A DNA stretch of 64,000 nt from an uncultured Lachnospiraceae bacterium (GCA_902788645.1 CADAKW010000001.1:20791-84790); one strand, 5' to 3'; positions 50,185-61,587 are shown, numbered from the stretch's first letter. Made by a program: numbers and translations. The notes: a model not told the origin generated them from the letters alone.

Positions 50185-51285
50185 TTATTTATTCAGTTGT
50201 TCTAAAAGCACCTTCAGCAGCGCATCGTTGTCAGATGGATTCATGAAACAGAAACGGATGTATTTGTTATCCAGGAACGGGAATGTGGAGCAGTCACGGA
50301 TCATCAGACCTTTCCGGATCGCTGCCTCAAAGAGATCCATGGATGTGACATCGTCCCGCAGGATACGCACAAGAATGAAGTTTCCGTGAGGCGGATAATA
50401 TTTTACGGACGGGCAGGTGTCCAGGATCCGGCAGATCCGCTCACGTTCTGATGAGATCAGATTTTTTGTGTCTTCAATATATTCTTTATCCTGGAACATG
50501 ATCTCTCCTGCAACTGCCGCAAGGGAATTGATCGTCCACGGATTCTTTTTACTGTCAATCTCCTGCAGCAGCTGATGATTGCCGCAGATAGCATATCCAA
50601 GGCGCAGGCCCGGAGCTGCAAAGAATTTGGAGATACCACGGAGGATGATGATATTGTTGTAGTAGTTTGTCAGAGGGATTGATGTGATCTGATCCGCTTT
50701 TTCTGAAAATTCTACATATGTCTCATCCACCATAACGAAGATGCCTTTTTCCTTACAGGTGTCCAGAATGACGCGCATGCTCTGGCGGTCGATCTGGGAA
50801 GAAGTAGGGTTGTTTGGATTACACAGAACAAGCAGGTCGATATCCCGGTCCAGAGCCTGTTTTAATTCATCGATATTTAACCGGAAATCGTCGCTTTCCT
50901 TTAACCGGAAATAATGGGAACGCCCGCCTTCAAGACTGAGCTCATGTTCATATTCGGAATAAGTCGGTCCAACGATCAGAGCCTTCTTTGGATGCCTTAG
51001 CTGGATCACCAGAGAGATCAGCTCTGTGGAGCCGTTGCCCACCAGAATGTTGCGGTAGTCTGTACCCGTGTACTCCGCAATGCATTTGCGAAGGCTTGTA
51101 TATTCTCTGTCGGGATATGTGGTGATGGCGTCAATATGCTCCATCAGTCCTTCACGGAGCTTGTAGGAGATACCAAGAGGATTTACATTGGCGGAAAAGC
51201 TGGTAATGTTCTCTTTCTTTATACCATAAATAGCTTCTATTTTTTCAAGGTCACTTCCGTGAAAATGTTCTTTATGCTCGATCAT
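50185..51285 (-). CDS. PLP-dependent class I/II enzyme (threonine-phosphate decarboxylase CobD/HisC-like)
   Basis: FSANVNPLG, GNGSTELI, CNPNNPT, VDETY, SKFFAAPGLRLGY. Confidence 0.85.
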   Translation of the reverse strand: MIEHKEHFHGSDLEKIEAIYGIKKENITSFSANVNPLGISYKLREGLMEHIDAITTYPDREYTSLRKCIAEYTGTDYRNILVGNGSTELISLVIQLRHPKKALIVGPTYSEYEHELSLEGGRSHYFRLKESDDFRLNIDELKQALDRDIDLLVLCNPNNPTSSQIDRQSMRVILDTCKEKGIFVMVDETYVEFSEKADQITSIPLTNYYNNIIILRGISKFFAAPGLRLGYAICGNHQLLQEIDSKKNPWTINSLAAVAGEIMFQDKEYIEDTKNLISSERERICRILDTCPSVKYYPPHGNFILVRILRDDVTSMDLFEAAIRKGLMIRDCSTFPFLDNKYIRFCFMNPSDNDALLKVLLEQLNK

Positions 51286-51465
51286 ATGATGCTGCCTCGT
51301 TTCTATAGTATATTCTGCAGATACTGCAACCACAGTATAGCATTTGTGCCGGGGGTTGTAAATGATACATTGAGTTTTGGAAGATTATCCACTATAATAT
51401 GATGCAGGGGGCAAAGATAGGCAGCGATATATGTCTATAGAAAGACATAAGAGGAGGCGTTTCGG

Positions 51466-52434
51466 ATGGCAAAGAAAAAGCAATACGAGGAAAAACAGCA
51501 GCATGGTACTGCAGAGCTGCCTGTCGGTCTGCATAAAATGAGCTATCCGGCAGGGACGGATGTGATCTTTTATCTTCATTGGCATCAGGAGTTTGAGATG
51601 CTGATGGTCACAGAGGGAGAGATCAATTTTGAGATTGAGGATCGAAAATATCTTCTGCGGGAGGGCGATGGAGTTTTTATCAATTCCAATCTGCTTCATT
51701 CGGCCAGAGCGGTGGATGGAAAGCCCTGCAGCTTCTTTGCCATAGATTTTCATTACCAGTTTTTACATGAGGACATTCACAGCCGGTTTGGGAGGAAGTA
51801 TCTGAAGCCTGTACTGGATGGCAAGATCGTTTTCCCGGAGTTTATATCGGTAAGATGTCCGGAACATCCCTATCGTCCGGAGTTTGCAGATCCGGCCAAC
51901 CGGCGGCGTATGTCAGTGCAGCCGGAGATGGAGGCACTATGGGACGATGGAGGCTGGCAGAGTCAGGTGCTTCGTCTGCTCCGGGAGCTGTATGCCTGCC
52001 CGGAGCATGACACAGAGCCATATGAATTGATGCTCCGCAGTCATATCATAGGGATCTGGGACCGATTAAACAGGCAGAGTATACGGGTTTCCAAGAAGGA
52101 TGAACCGGGAGAGACCGGACGGCTGGAACCTGTGGTTAAGTACATGAAAGAAAATTTTGCATATGAGATCACATTATCGGAGCTGGCGGAGATGCTTCCT
52201 ATGAGTGAGGGGCAGTTCTGCCGTATCTTCAAACAGACCATGAAGATGTCTCCGATGCAGTATCTGATGAGATACCGTATTTTGCAGAGTTGTCGTCTTC
52301 TTCAGGATACGGACAAGAAGATCGGTGAGATTGCCAATCTGTCAGGCTTCAATAATATCAGTTATTTTAATAAAGTGTTTTTACAGACCATCGGATGTAC
52401 ACCGAGGGAGTACCGCAGCACAGGAAATTATTAG
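51466..52434 (+). CDS. AraC-family regulator (cupin + HTH)
   Basis: LHWHQEFE, FINSNLLH, GFNNISYFNKVF...TPREYR. Confidence 0.93.
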   Translation: MAKKKQYEEKQQHGTAELPVGLHKMSYPAGTDVIFYLHWHQEFEMLMVTEGEINFEIEDRKYLLREGDGVFINSNLLHSARAVDGKPCSFFAIDFHYQFLHEDIHSRFGRKYLKPVLDGKIVFPEFISVRCPEHPYRPEFADPANRRRMSVQPEMEALWDDGGWQSQVLRLLRELYACPEHDTEPYELMLRSHIIGIWDRLNRQSIRVSKKDEPGETGRLEPVVKYMKENFAYEITLSELAEMLPMSEGQFCRIFKQTMKMSPMQYLMRYRILQSCRLLQDTDKKIGEIANLSGFNNISYFNKVFLQTIGCTPREYRSTGNY

Positions 52435-52448
52435 GAGGATACAGTGAT

Positions 52449-53129
52449 ATGAGAGAATACCACGATTTGCGGGAGGCAGCACAGAGTTTTGAATCTGCCT
52501 GGGGATTTATTTTTGATATGGATGGGCTGATCTTTGATACAGAGCGGCTTTTTATGGAGCAGCTTGCCGTCGTGATGGCACAAAGGGGATATCGGCTCAG
52601 TAGGGAAGTGTACTGCAAAAGCCTTGGACTGACGGGAAAAGCACTGGAAACGTTGATGCTCACAGAATATGGCACGGATTATCCCTTTGCAGAGCTGGGG
52701 CGGCAGGCGAGAGAACACGTGGATGCCATTGCAGACACGGTGGGACTGGAGCTGAAGCCTGACATCGTGACACTGCTTCAGTGGATACGGCGTCAGGGAT
52801 TAAAGGCGGCGGTTGCCTCCTCAACCAGATCCGATATTGTAGAGAGATATCTGGAGGGAGCAGGGATCCGCGAGTATTTTTCTGTAATCGTAGGTGGCGA
52901 GATGGTAGAAAAGTCAAAGCCGGAGCCGGATATCTTTCTGAAGGCGGCACAGCTGTGTGGTCTGAAGCCGGAGCAGGCTGTTGTACTGGAGGATTCTGAA
53001 AACGGGATCCGGGCCGCAGTTGCAGCGGGAATCCCCGTGATATGTGTACCGGACTTAAAAATGCCGGAGGAGGAAGTGCGTCAGATGGTAAATATTCTGG
53101 TCACACCCTCGCTTCCGGACGGACAGTAA
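52449..53129 (+). CDS. HAD-IA family phosphatase
   Basis: FDMDGLIFDTE, VASST, KPEPDIF, EDSENG. Confidence 0.92.
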   Translation: MREYHDLREAAQSFESAWGFIFDMDGLIFDTERLFMEQLAVVMAQRGYRLSREVYCKSLGLTGKALETLMLTEYGTDYPFAELGRQAREHVDAIADTVGLELKPDIVTLLQWIRRQGLKAAVASSTRSDIVERYLEGAGIREYFSVIVGGEMVEKSKPEPDIFLKAAQLCGLKPEQAVVLEDSENGIRAAVAAGIPVICVPDLKMPEEEVRQMVNILVTPSLPDGQ

Positions 53130-53190
53130 CCCCGGGACATACCGGATAAAAAGTAAAATACACTTATAATATTTTTTATGTTTTGGAGAA

Positions 53191-53472
53191 TTATCTCCGA
53201 TTTCGGTTTGCATTCATGATAAATTCAAATTGTTTTTTCTGCTGCGGCGTCAGCTGCGCAGAAAAAATTTCAGTCAGGATCTGATTTTCTTCCGGAGTAA
53301 ACTGAATATTTTCCTGCTGCATAGTCTTTTTCCAACGGGTCAGCAGAGGGAGTGCCTCTGTGAGCTTTTTTCCCTGCAGGGAAGCGGCAAGCTGCTCGAT
53401 CATTTTCTGCTTTTTGGGTTTCATTGAACGAAAAGCTTCGTTTTGCTGCCATGATTCCATTATGATTACCAT
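53191..53472 (-). CDS. Small hypothetical protein, probably sporulation-associated
   Basis: AAAGGA RBS; follows 53499..54029 in the same orientation. Confidence 0.65.
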   Translation of the reverse strand: MVIIMESWQQNEAFRSMKPKKQKMIEQLAASLQGKKLTEALPLLTRWKKTMQQENIQFTPEENQILTEIFSAQLTPQQKKQFEFIMNANRNRR

Positions 53473-53498
53473 TCCTTTCTGAATATCTGTCGATACAA

Positions 53499-54029
53499 TT
53501 ATTGCTCCTCATCATTTCCCGCATCGTTTGTGAAGGAGCGAAGCTGTTCAAAAAGCTGCTGCTGTTCCGGGGAAAGCTGTGTGATCAGAAATTCCATAAG
53601 CTGATTGCTTCCGCCCTGACCGCTCATGCCGCCAAATCCGCCCAAAAGCTGCAGCAGCATTTGCAGTGGATTGGCAGATGGCATGCCAAGTCCGGCTGCC
53701 TGAAGATCACCGGAACCGTCGGAAGGGTTCCGGGCTGCCATAAATTCACGGTAATTCTGAAAAAGATGACTGGCTTTTATGAAATTAAGGATCATCTGAA
53801 CCAGATCGGATTCTCTGGGAGTGCAGTATTCCTGCATATGCAAAAGCATCTCTTCCGGCCGGGCAGATGCTTCACAGGCTTCCAGGTCTCCGGACATGCC
53901 GCCTCTGGCGGTGTTGATCAGGGTGTTTGCCTGCAGAAGCAGATCCAGGGCGTATCGCTGCTGTCCTGATGTATAAGGCTGGGCGGCGCGGAGCATTGCC
54001 ATACGCCGTTCTCTTTCTTCTATGGTCAT
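53499..54029 (-). CDS. Hypothetical protein, probably sporulation-associated
   Basis: GAGGAG RBS before ATG 54029; Gln/Met/Gly-rich C-terminus; sigE-like promoter upstream. Confidence 0.7.
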   Translation of the reverse strand: MTIEERERRMAMLRAAQPYTSGQQRYALDLLLQANTLINTARGGMSGDLEACEASARPEEMLLHMQEYCTPRESDLVQMILNFIKASHLFQNYREFMAARNPSDGSGDLQAAGLGMPSANPLQMLLQLLGGFGGMSGQGGSNQLMEFLITQLSPEQQQLFEQLRSFTNDAGNDEEQ

Positions 54030-54067
54030 ACGATTGACTCCTCTCTGTATGTTTTTTGTGCTGTTAT

Positions 54068-54096
54068 ATGAATATGCAAAAGGCATGGAAATATGA
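54068..54096 (-). promoter_or_regulatory. sigE-like promoter
   Basis: Minus strand TCATATT-N13-CATATTCAT. Confidence 0.6.
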
Positions 54097-54124
54097 TTGA
54101 CAACCCATGCAGAGATTGTATAAT
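54097..54124 (+). promoter_or_regulatory. sigA promoter of potABCD
   Basis: TTGACA-N16-TATAAT. Confidence 0.75.
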
Positions 54125-54178
54125 TATAATGTTACGCAGGGCAGCGTTCGCTGAAAACAACAGAGAAAAGAGGCACAA

Positions 54179-55252
54179 ATGGCAAAGAAATTAATTGACT
54201 TGGTGGGAATCTCTAAAAGCTATGGAGATAAAGTGATTTTAGATGACTTAAATCTATATTTAAATGAAAACAGATTTTTGACGATTCTGGGTCCCAGTGG
54301 ATGTGGAAAGACAACAACCCTTCGTATTCTTGGGGGCTTTGAGACACCGGATAAGGGAAAGGTGATCTTTGAGGGACAGGATATTACCATGCTTCCGCCC
54401 AATGAGAGACAGGTTAATACTGTGTTTCAGAAGTATGCCCTTTTTACCCATATGAATATTGAGGAAAATATTGCCTTTGGACTAAAAATTAAAAATAAAT
54501 CAAAAAGCTATATCCGGGATAAGGTGAAGTATGCCTTAAAGCTGGTGAATCTGGACGGCTACGAGAAGCGGATGCCGGATTCCCTAAGTGGCGGACAGCA
54601 GCAGCGTATCGCCATTGCCAGAGCGATCGTTAATGAGCCGCGGGTATTGCTGTTGGATGAACCTCTTGGAGCACTGGATCTGAAGCTGCGTCAGGATATG
54701 CAGTATGAGCTGATCCGGTTGAAGAATGAGTTGGGCATTACCTTTGTATATGTGACTCACGATCAGGAGGAGGCACTGACCATGTCAGATACCATTGTGG
54801 TTATGAATCAGGGGTATATCCAGCAGATCGGGACACCGGAGGATATTTATAATGAGCCGCAGAATGCATTTGTGGCTGATTTTATCGGAGAGAGTAATAT
54901 TATTGGTTCTACTATGGTAGAAGACCGCCTTGTGGATATTCTGGGAACCAGATTTGTCTGTGTGGATGAGGGATTTGGCAACAACCAGCCGGTGGATGTG
55001 GTGATCCGGCCGGAGGATATTGTGCTGACCGAGCCGTCCAAGGGTATTATTAAAGGCAGGGTTACTTCGGCAATCTTTAAGGGAGTACATTATGAGATGG
55101 AGGTGCAGGCAGCAGGCTTTGAATGGCTGGTACACAGTACTGTTTTAAAGGAACCCGGCACAGAAGTCGGAATATGGGTAGATCCGTTCAATATACAGAT
55201 CATGCATAAACCGGCATCGGAGGACGAGGAACAGGAGCGTTACGAGGACTAA
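54179..55252 (+). CDS. potA: Spermidine/putrescine ABC ATPase
   Basis: [44 protein letters not shown] tail. Confidence 0.95.
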   Translation: MAKKLIDLVGISKSYGDKVILDDLNLYLNENRFLTILGPSGCGKTTTLRILGGFETPDKGKVIFEGQDITMLPPNERQVNTVFQKYALFTHMNIEENIAFGLKIKNKSKSYIRDKVKYALKLVNLDGYEKRMPDSLSGGQQQRIAIARAIVNEPRVLLLDEPLGALDLKLRQDMQYELIRLKNELGITFVYVTHDQEEALTMSDTIVVMNQGYIQQIGTPEDIYNEPQNAFVADFIGESNIIGSTMVEDRLVDILGTRFVCVDEGFGNNQPVDVVIRPEDIVLTEPSKGIIKGRVTSAIFKGVHYEMEVQAAGFEWLVHSTVLKEPGTEVGIWVDPFNIQIMHKPASEDEEQERYED

Positions 55253-55280
55253 GCAGAGAGGAAAAGATGGAGGGATAGAC

Positions 55281-56108
55281 ATGAAGAGATTAGGGAAAAG
55301 ACTTCTGGCAGGACCTTATCTGATGTGGATGCTGCTTTTTACTGTAGTACCGCTGGTGCTGCTGGCCTACAATGCGTTTACGGGGGCAGATGGTTCTTTC
55401 ACACTGACCAATGTGGCGGTAATCCTTGATCCGGTCAACGGAAAACCGTTTCTCCGCAGTATCGGGATGTCTGTACTGGTAACAGTGATCTGTCTGGTGC
55501 TTTCATTTCCGCTGGCATTGATCCTGCGGAAATGTTCCGGCAATAAAAACAGCTTTATCGTTATGATCTTTATCCTGCCAATGTGGATGAATTTTATGCT
55601 GAGAACATTGGCATGGCGATTAATACTATTAAATAACGGTATCTTAAATCAGATTTTAACAGCGCTCGGCTTTGGCAGGGTACATCTGATGAATACGATC
55701 TGGGCAGTCATTCTTGGCACCGTATATGATTATCTGCCGTTTATGGTGCTTCCGATCTACAATGCCCTTGTCAAGATTGACAATGATGTGATCAGTGCGG
55801 CACAGGATCTGGGAGCCGGCCAGTGGACGATACTTCGGAGGATCATCATTCCGCTTAGTATTCCGGGGGTGGTCAGTGGTATCACCATGGTCATGGTGCC
55901 TTCGATCAGTGAGTTTGTTATTGCCTCTATGCTGGGAGGCGGCAAGGTGTACCTGATCGGCAATGTGATCGAGCAGGCGTTTAATTCCGGTTATGCGGAT
56001 ATCCATGCAGGATCAGGTCTTTCTTTAAGCCTGATGGTACTGATCCTGATCAGCATGGTGATCTACCGGCTATTTGACGGAGAGGAGGGGGAGAGCAGCT
56101 TATGGTAA
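55281..56108 (+). CDS. potB: Spermidine/putrescine ABC permease
   Basis: LPMWMNFMLRT, YLPFMVLPIY, AAQDLGA. Confidence 0.92.
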   Translation: MKRLGKRLLAGPYLMWMLLFTVVPLVLLAYNAFTGADGSFTLTNVAVILDPVNGKPFLRSIGMSVLVTVICLVLSFPLALILRKCSGNKNSFIVMIFILPMWMNFMLRTLAWRLILLNNGILNQILTALGFGRVHLMNTIWAVILGTVYDYLPFMVLPIYNALVKIDNDVISAAQDLGAGQWTILRRIIIPLSIPGVVSGITMVMVPSISEFVIASMLGGGKVYLIGNVIEQAFNSGYADIHAGSGLSLSLMVLILISMVIYRLFDGEEGESSLW

Positions 56109-56929
56109 AACAAAAGGTGATCGATACGGCTTCCAGGGTCTATCTGATTTTTGCATTGATCCTGCTTTATCTGCCGATTCTTATATTGATTATATCATCA
56201 TTTAATGCATCGCCCCGGAACAAAGCAGTCTGGGGAGGATTTTCGCTGGAGGGTTATGGAAAGCTTATTCATAATGACATGATCATGCAGGCGCTGGGAA
56301 CAACGATCCTGCTGGCAGCAGGGGCTGCGCTGGTCTCTACAGTTCTTGGTACCATGGCATGTATCGGGATGCTGGGGATGAAGAAACGCTCCAGAACATG
56401 GCTCATGGGTCTGACCAATATCCCTATGCTAAATGCGGATATTGTCACAGGTGTAGCATTAATGCTGTTGTTTTCCAGATTTGTGGATCTAAGCTTCTGG
56501 ACCATGCTGATCGCCCATATTACGTTGATCATTCCTTATGTAGTGCTATGCGTACAGCCCAAAGTCATGCATCTGAATACGAGCATGTATGAAGCGGCAT
56601 TGGATCTGGGGGCTTCTCCGGTATATGCATTCTGGAAGGTTGTGCTTCCGGAGCTGGTGCCGGGGATCGTGGCAGGCTTTATGCTTTCCTTTACCATGTC
56701 TCTGGATGATTTTTCAGTGACATATTTTACCAAGGCACCGGGGATCCATACCATGTCTACCATGATCAATGCGGAATACCGTAAAGGGATCCAGACAGAG
56801 CTTTATGCATTATCTACTATTGTATTTCTGCTGGTTTTACTGGTGCTTTTCCTGATGAACCGGAAAGCATGGAAAAAGGTGGATGGTGTCCGTGGCAGGA
56901 AGGGAGGCAGACAGCGTGAAAAAGCATAA
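56102..56929 (+). CDS. potC: Spermidine/putrescine ABC permease
   Basis: LYLPI..SFN, EAALDLGA, FTMSLDDF. Confidence 0.92.
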   Translation: MVKQKVIDTASRVYLIFALILLYLPILILIISSFNASPRNKAVWGGFSLEGYGKLIHNDMIMQALGTTILLAAGAALVSTVLGTMACIGMLGMKKRSRTWLMGLTNIPMLNADIVTGVALMLLFSRFVDLSFWTMLIAHITLIIPYVVLCVQPKVMHLNTSMYEAALDLGASPVYAFWKVVLPELVPGIVAGFMLSFTMSLDDFSVTYFTKAPGIHTMSTMINAEYRKGIQTELYALSTIVFLLVLLVLFLMNRKAWKKVDGVRGRKGGRQREKA

Positions 56930-57998
56930 TATGTTATGGAAAAAATGCACGGCAGCGGGAATGGCTGTACTTTTGACGGCGTCCGGTCTGCTGACTGCCT
57001 GTGGTACCTCCGGGCAGAAAGCGGTCCAAAGGATTGTTGTGTTCAATTACGGTGACTACATTGACCGTGATGTGTTAAAGCAGTTTGAAAAGGAGACGGG
57101 GATCTCGGTGGCATATGAGGAGTTTCTGACACCGGAGGCAATGTATACCAAGTATAAAAACGGGACGATCCATTATGATCTGATCTGCTGTTCGGATTAT
57201 ATGCTGGACAAGATGATCCGGGAAAAGGACGTGAGAAAGATCGATATGGATCGGTTGAAATATGCAGGCAATATCGGAGATACTTATTGGAAGCTGTCAC
57301 GGAATTTTGATCCGGACAATTCCTACAGTGTCCCGTATTTCTGGGGGACCGTAGGCATCTTATATAATCCGAAGCTGCTTGATTTCACACCGGACAGCTG
57401 GAAGGATCTGTGGAGAAAGGATTACAAAGACAATATTATTATGCAGGACAGTGTCAGAGACAGCTTTGTGCCGGCACTGCGTCAGCTTGGATATTCCATC
57501 AATACCACAGATAAAAAGCAGTTGAAGGAGGCACAGAAGCTTCTGCTGGAGCAGAAAGATCTGGTGCAGTCCTATCTGGTGGATGAAGTGCGGGATGATA
57601 TGGCAAACGAGCAGGCTGCCATGGCAGTGATCTACTCCGGGGAGGCGGGACTTGCCAGGGATTACAATGAGGATCTGGAGTTTGTGGTGCCAAAGGAGGG
57701 CTCCGATGTCTGGATGGACAGCTGGGTGATCCCGAAGGATGGGGAGAACTATGAAGGAGCGTTAAAGTTTCTTGATTTTCTCTGCCGCAAGGACATTGCC
57801 ATGAAGAATTTTGAATATGTATATTATTCGACTCCGAATACGGCTGTTCTGGACGAGATTGATCCGGAGGAAAAGGCAGATGATCCGGTGATCTTCCAGT
57901 CGGAGGATGTGGTGAAAAATTGTGAGATGTTCCGTTATCTTGGAAAGGATATGGAGGAGTATTATAATTATATGTGGAAACAGTTGAAGGCATATTGA
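56916..57998 (+). CDS. potD: Spermidine/putrescine-binding lipoprotein
   Basis: Lipobox LTAC, FNYGDYID, PYFWGTVGILYN, PKEGS..WMDS. Confidence 0.92.
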   Translation: MKKHNMLWKKCTAAGMAVLLTASGLLTACGTSGQKAVQRIVVFNYGDYIDRDVLKQFEKETGISVAYEEFLTPEAMYTKYKNGTIHYDLICCSDYMLDKMIREKDVRKIDMDRLKYAGNIGDTYWKLSRNFDPDNSYSVPYFWGTVGILYNPKLLDFTPDSWKDLWRKDYKDNIIMQDSVRDSFVPALRQLGYSINTTDKKQLKEAQKLLLEQKDLVQSYLVDEVRDDMANEQAAMAVIYSGEAGLARDYNEDLEFVVPKEGSDVWMDSWVIPKDGENYEGALKFLDFLCRKDIAMKNFEYVYYSTPNTAVLDEIDPEEKADDPVIFQSEDVVKNCEMFRYLGKDMEEYYNYMWKQLKAY

Positions 57999-58074
57999 AA
58001 GGGTATTGAAAAGCCATGCAAAAGCGTGGTAAAATAGAAGTAATATAATGTGATGAGCAGGAGGTTGAACTGGT

Positions 58075-59802
58075 ATGAAACGTGATAAGAAACCAGAAAA
58101 AGAAAAAATTGTCCGAAAAGACAAGGTTACTTTTTTACACTCTCTGAAATTTCGGATATCATTGCTGACAGCGGGTGCGGTTATTATTGTAGCAGTGATC
58201 ATATTGGCATTAGTGATTCCGGAGGCCAAAAGCACACTTCTGGATCAGACGAAAAGCTATCTGCATGATGTGACCGTAAGCAACGGCGCAACATTGGAAA
58301 TGATGAGAAAGCAGATCAAGCTTAAGGATCCTGAGGCATTAAAGAATTCTTTTCAGAATGTGGGACTGGATGGTATTGAATCCAGCTATGCATATGTTGT
58401 AACAGCCGATGGTACTATGCAGTATCATCCTACGGCGGACAAGATCGGTAAGCCTGTGGAGAATCAGGTGATCAAGGATGTGGTTGCCCGCATGGCAACG
58501 GGAAAGAGACCGGAACCACAGGTTGTATCGTACGATTTTAATGGTGTACAGAAATATGCAGCATATTATGTGGATGAGGCATGTTCCTCTGTATTGGTGG
58601 TTTCTGCTGATCAGAGCGAGATCCTGGCACCATTGAATAAAGTTACATATATCAGTATCGGTGCTTCTGTAGCAGTGATCATCATTATGATGCTTGTATC
58701 ATTAATATTGATTTCTGCAAGTCTGCGTCCGATCAGCAAGATTTCAGCCATTGTAGGTAAAATGTCACGTATGGATTTCACTCCGACTCCGGGGTCTGAG
58801 AAGTTAGTCAGCCGTAAGGATGAGACGGGAGTTATGAGCCGTTCTGTGGCAGAGCTTCGCCGGGAGCTTGTTGCTATGGTGGAGGAGATCCAGAGCAGGA
58901 GCACGGATCTGTTTGGTGCATCGGAGCGACTGGATAAGGATGCTTCACAAACAGCCAAAACGGTTTCGCAGGTGGAAAGCGCTGTGGGAGATATTGCGAC
59001 AGGAGCTACCAGCCAGGCGCAGGAGACACAGAACGCCACAGAGCATGTGATCAATATGGGTAACATGATCGAAGAGACAAACCGGGAAGCAGAGCTTCTC
59101 GAAAATAACTCGCAGAGTATGAAAAACTCCAGTGATCATGCCATGACTATTTTAAATGAACTGATGTCTGTGAATGAGCGGACCAAGACTTCTATTGAGG
59201 AGATTTATGAGCAGACCAATATTACCAATGCGTCGGCTCAGAAGATCAAAGAGGCAACCACATTGATCGCTTCCATTGCGGAGGAGACCAATCTGTTATC
59301 CTTGAATGCTTCTATTGAGGCGGCCAGAGCCGGAGAGCAGGGAAGAGGCTTTGCCGTAGTTGCTTCCCAGATCCAGAAGCTGGCGGAGCAGTCCAATGAA
59401 TCAGCAACCCAGATCGCCGAGATCACATCGGCATTGATCAAGGATTCTACAAGAGCAGTGGAGACAATGCAGCAGGTCCGTGATATTATGGATGAGCAGA
59501 GTGATAAGATGACACAGACAGATGAGATGTTCCAGCAGGTGGATCGGGGTGTTTCCAACGCAATGAACAGTGTCGTTAACATCACAGGAAAAACAGAAAA
59601 TCTGGACGATTCCCGAAGCAAGGTGGTTGATGTGGTTCAGAACCTGTCTGCGATCGCCGAGGAAAATGCAGCAAGCAGTCAGGAAACTTCCGCATCTGTA
59701 GCTGAAGTTGGTAATATTGTGATCGACATTTCAGAAAATGCGGCACAGTTAAAGGATATTGCATATGGACTGGAGCAGAGTGTAAAGAAGATCCGCTTAT
59801 AG
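58075..59802 (+). CDS. Methyl-accepting chemotaxis protein
   Basis: 2 TMs, Cache-like domain, [31 protein letters not shown]. Confidence 0.95.
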   Translation: MKRDKKPEKEKIVRKDKVTFLHSLKFRISLLTAGAVIIVAVIILALVIPEAKSTLLDQTKSYLHDVTVSNGATLEMMRKQIKLKDPEALKNSFQNVGLDGIESSYAYVVTADGTMQYHPTADKIGKPVENQVIKDVVARMATGKRPEPQVVSYDFNGVQKYAAYYVDEACSSVLVVSADQSEILAPLNKVTYISIGASVAVIIIMMLVSLILISASLRPISKISAIVGKMSRMDFTPTPGSEKLVSRKDETGVMSRSVAELRRELVAMVEEIQSRSTDLFGASERLDKDASQTAKTVSQVESAVGDIATGATSQAQETQNATEHVINMGNMIEETNREAELLENNSQSMKNSSDHAMTILNELMSVNERTKTSIEEIYEQTNITNASAQKIKEATTLIASIAEETNLLSLNASIEAARAGEQGRGFAVVASQIQKLAEQSNESATQIAEITSALIKDSTRAVETMQQVRDIMDEQSDKMTQTDEMFQQVDRGVSNAMNSVVNITGKTENLDDSRSKVVDVVQNLSAIAEENAASSQETSASVAEVGNIVIDISENAAQLKDIAYGLEQSVKKIRL

Positions 59803-59836
59803 CGGAAATCTTTCCGGGAGGAAAACGGTGGATAAT

Positions 59837-59877
59837 AACGCAGCAGGAATCTGCTTATGTAGAGCTTCTGCTGCGTT
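59837..59877 (+). terminator. Probable terminator hairpin
   Basis: AACGCAGCAG-N21-CTGCTGCGTT. Confidence 0.55.
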
Positions 59878-59923
59878 TATCTTATAGAAGCTGAAAATGT
59901 AAAACGAAAGGTACGGTATTATC

Positions 59924-61027
59924 ATGGCAGGATCTACATTTGGAACGATATTTAAAGTAACAACATGGGGAGAGTCCCATGGGGCAGGAGTTGGTGTTGT
60001 AGTAGACGGTTGTCCGGCAGGGCTGGAGCTGGATGAACAGAAGATCCAGCAGTATCTGAACCGCAGAAAGCCGGGACAGACAAGATATTCCACTCCCCGC
60101 AAGGAGGAGGATCTGGTGGAGATCCAGTCAGGTGTTTTTGAAGGAAAGACCACAGGAACCCCGATTTCTTTGGTTGTCTATAACAAGACCCAGCGCTCAA
60201 AGGATTATTCAGAGATTGCAGGTTATTATCGTCCGGGACATGCAGATTATACATTTGATCAAAAGTATGGTTTCCGGGATTACCGTGGGGGCGGCCGTTC
60301 CTCCGGAAGGGAGACCATTGGAAGGGTAGCTGCCGGTGCCATTGCGGAGGAGTTGTTGAAGACTCTTGGGATCAAGGTGCAGGCATATACCAAAAGCATT
60401 GGTGACATTTCGATCAATATGGAGAAGTCGTCTCTGGAAAATATCATGAAAAGTCCTCTTTATATGCCGGATCCGGAAGCTTCAGAAAAGGCAGAGATCC
60501 TTTTGGAGCAGAAGATGAAGGAGCAGGATTCTGCCGGCGGTGTGATCGAATGTATTGTCAAAGGGATGCCGGCAGGCATTGGCGAGCCGGTGTTTGAGAA
60601 GCTGGATGCAAATCTTGCAAAGGCAGTGATGTCCATCGGAGCTGTCAAGGGAATAGAAATTGGTGACGGTTTTGCGGCGGCAAAAGCCTTTGGCTCACAA
60701 AATAATGACTCATTCTGCCGTGGAGCCGACGGCAGCATTGCCAAAGCCACCAATCATGCAGGAGGTATTCTGGGGGGGATGAGCGATGGCAGTGACATCA
60801 TACTCCGGGCTGCGATCAAACCTACTCCGTCCATTGCGAGAGAGCAGCAGACGGTAAACCGTGCAGGGGAGGAGATCGGGATTTCAATCAAGGGACGCCA
60901 TGATCCGATCATTGTCCCAAGAGCGGTAGTTGTAGTTGAGGCTATGACAGCAATCTGTGTATTGGATATGCTTCTTCTGGGAATGACATCCCGTCTGGAC
61001 AAAATACAGAGTTTTTGGAACAGATGA
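59924..61027 (+). CDS. aroC: Chorismate synthase
   Basis: TWGESHG, RPGHADY, GGGRSSGRET, KPTPSI, GRHDP. Confidence 0.98.
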   Translation: MAGSTFGTIFKVTTWGESHGAGVGVVVDGCPAGLELDEQKIQQYLNRRKPGQTRYSTPRKEEDLVEIQSGVFEGKTTGTPISLVVYNKTQRSKDYSEIAGYYRPGHADYTFDQKYGFRDYRGGGRSSGRETIGRVAAGAIAEELLKTLGIKVQAYTKSIGDISINMEKSSLENIMKSPLYMPDPEASEKAEILLEQKMKEQDSAGGVIECIVKGMPAGIGEPVFEKLDANLAKAVMSIGAVKGIEIGDGFAAAKAFGSQNNDSFCRGADGSIAKATNHAGGILGGMSDGSDIILRAAIKPTPSIAREQQTVNRAGEEIGISIKGRHDPIIVPRAVVVVEAMTAICVLDMLLLGMTSRLDKIQSFWNR

Positions 61028-61046
61028 TTACTGATAAAATACAAAT

Positions 61047-61072
61047 GCCGGCTGTCAGGATAAACAGCCGGC
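61047..61072. terminator. Hairpin between aroC and the convergent small gene
   Basis: GCCGGCTGT-N8-ACAGCCGGC. Confidence 0.55.
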
Positions 61073-61131
61073 CGGATCCGGTATATATCAACCGGATATG
61101 TTGATGGATACATTGCTTCGAAGTGATTGCT

Positions 61132-61338
61132 TTAGAAGCCGTTTCCGCAACAGCAGCAAAGGATGAGGATCCAAAGGATGGAATTACAGCCGCAGCCGTC
61201 TCCGTTTCCGAAGCCGCCAAAGCCGCCGTTGTCATTACCGCAACAGCAGCAGAGGAGAAGAAGGATAATGATCCAGCTGCATCCTCCATTGTTTGAAGAA
61301 CATCCGCCACCACAACCGGTTGCTGTTAAATCGCTCAT
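61132..61338 (-). CDS. Small Cys/Gly-rich protein, paralog 1 (68 aa)
   Basis: GGAGG RBS; MSDLTATGCGGGC...WIIILLLLCCCCG...WILILCCCCGNGF. Confidence 0.85.
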   Translation of the reverse strand: MSDLTATGCGGGCSSNNGGCSWIIILLLLCCCCGNDNGGFGGFGNGDGCGCNSILWILILCCCCGNGF

Positions 61339-61391
61339 GAAAACCTCCATTTTGTCATAATAGATCGACAGTGAATTATATTTACAATTTC

Positions 61392-61421
61392 ATATTATGT
61401 CTGTATGCTTGGACAGTTTCC
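61392..61421 (-). promoter_or_regulatory. sigK-type promoter with SpoIIID-like box
   Basis: Minus strand AC-N16-CATAATAT; plus strand TTGGACAGTT fits WWRRACARNY. Confidence 0.65.
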
Positions 61422-61587
61422 GGAATTTTTCGGGAAATAGAGGCATAAATGACAACAATGCATACTATATTATAAATTCACAATAATATAATTTCATAAT
61501 ATGAAAGTGTTTATCAGGTCATAAGGTCTTCGGAAGCTTACATAATGATCCGTTGGAAGTCATTTCCTTGGATAGATGGGAGGCAGT

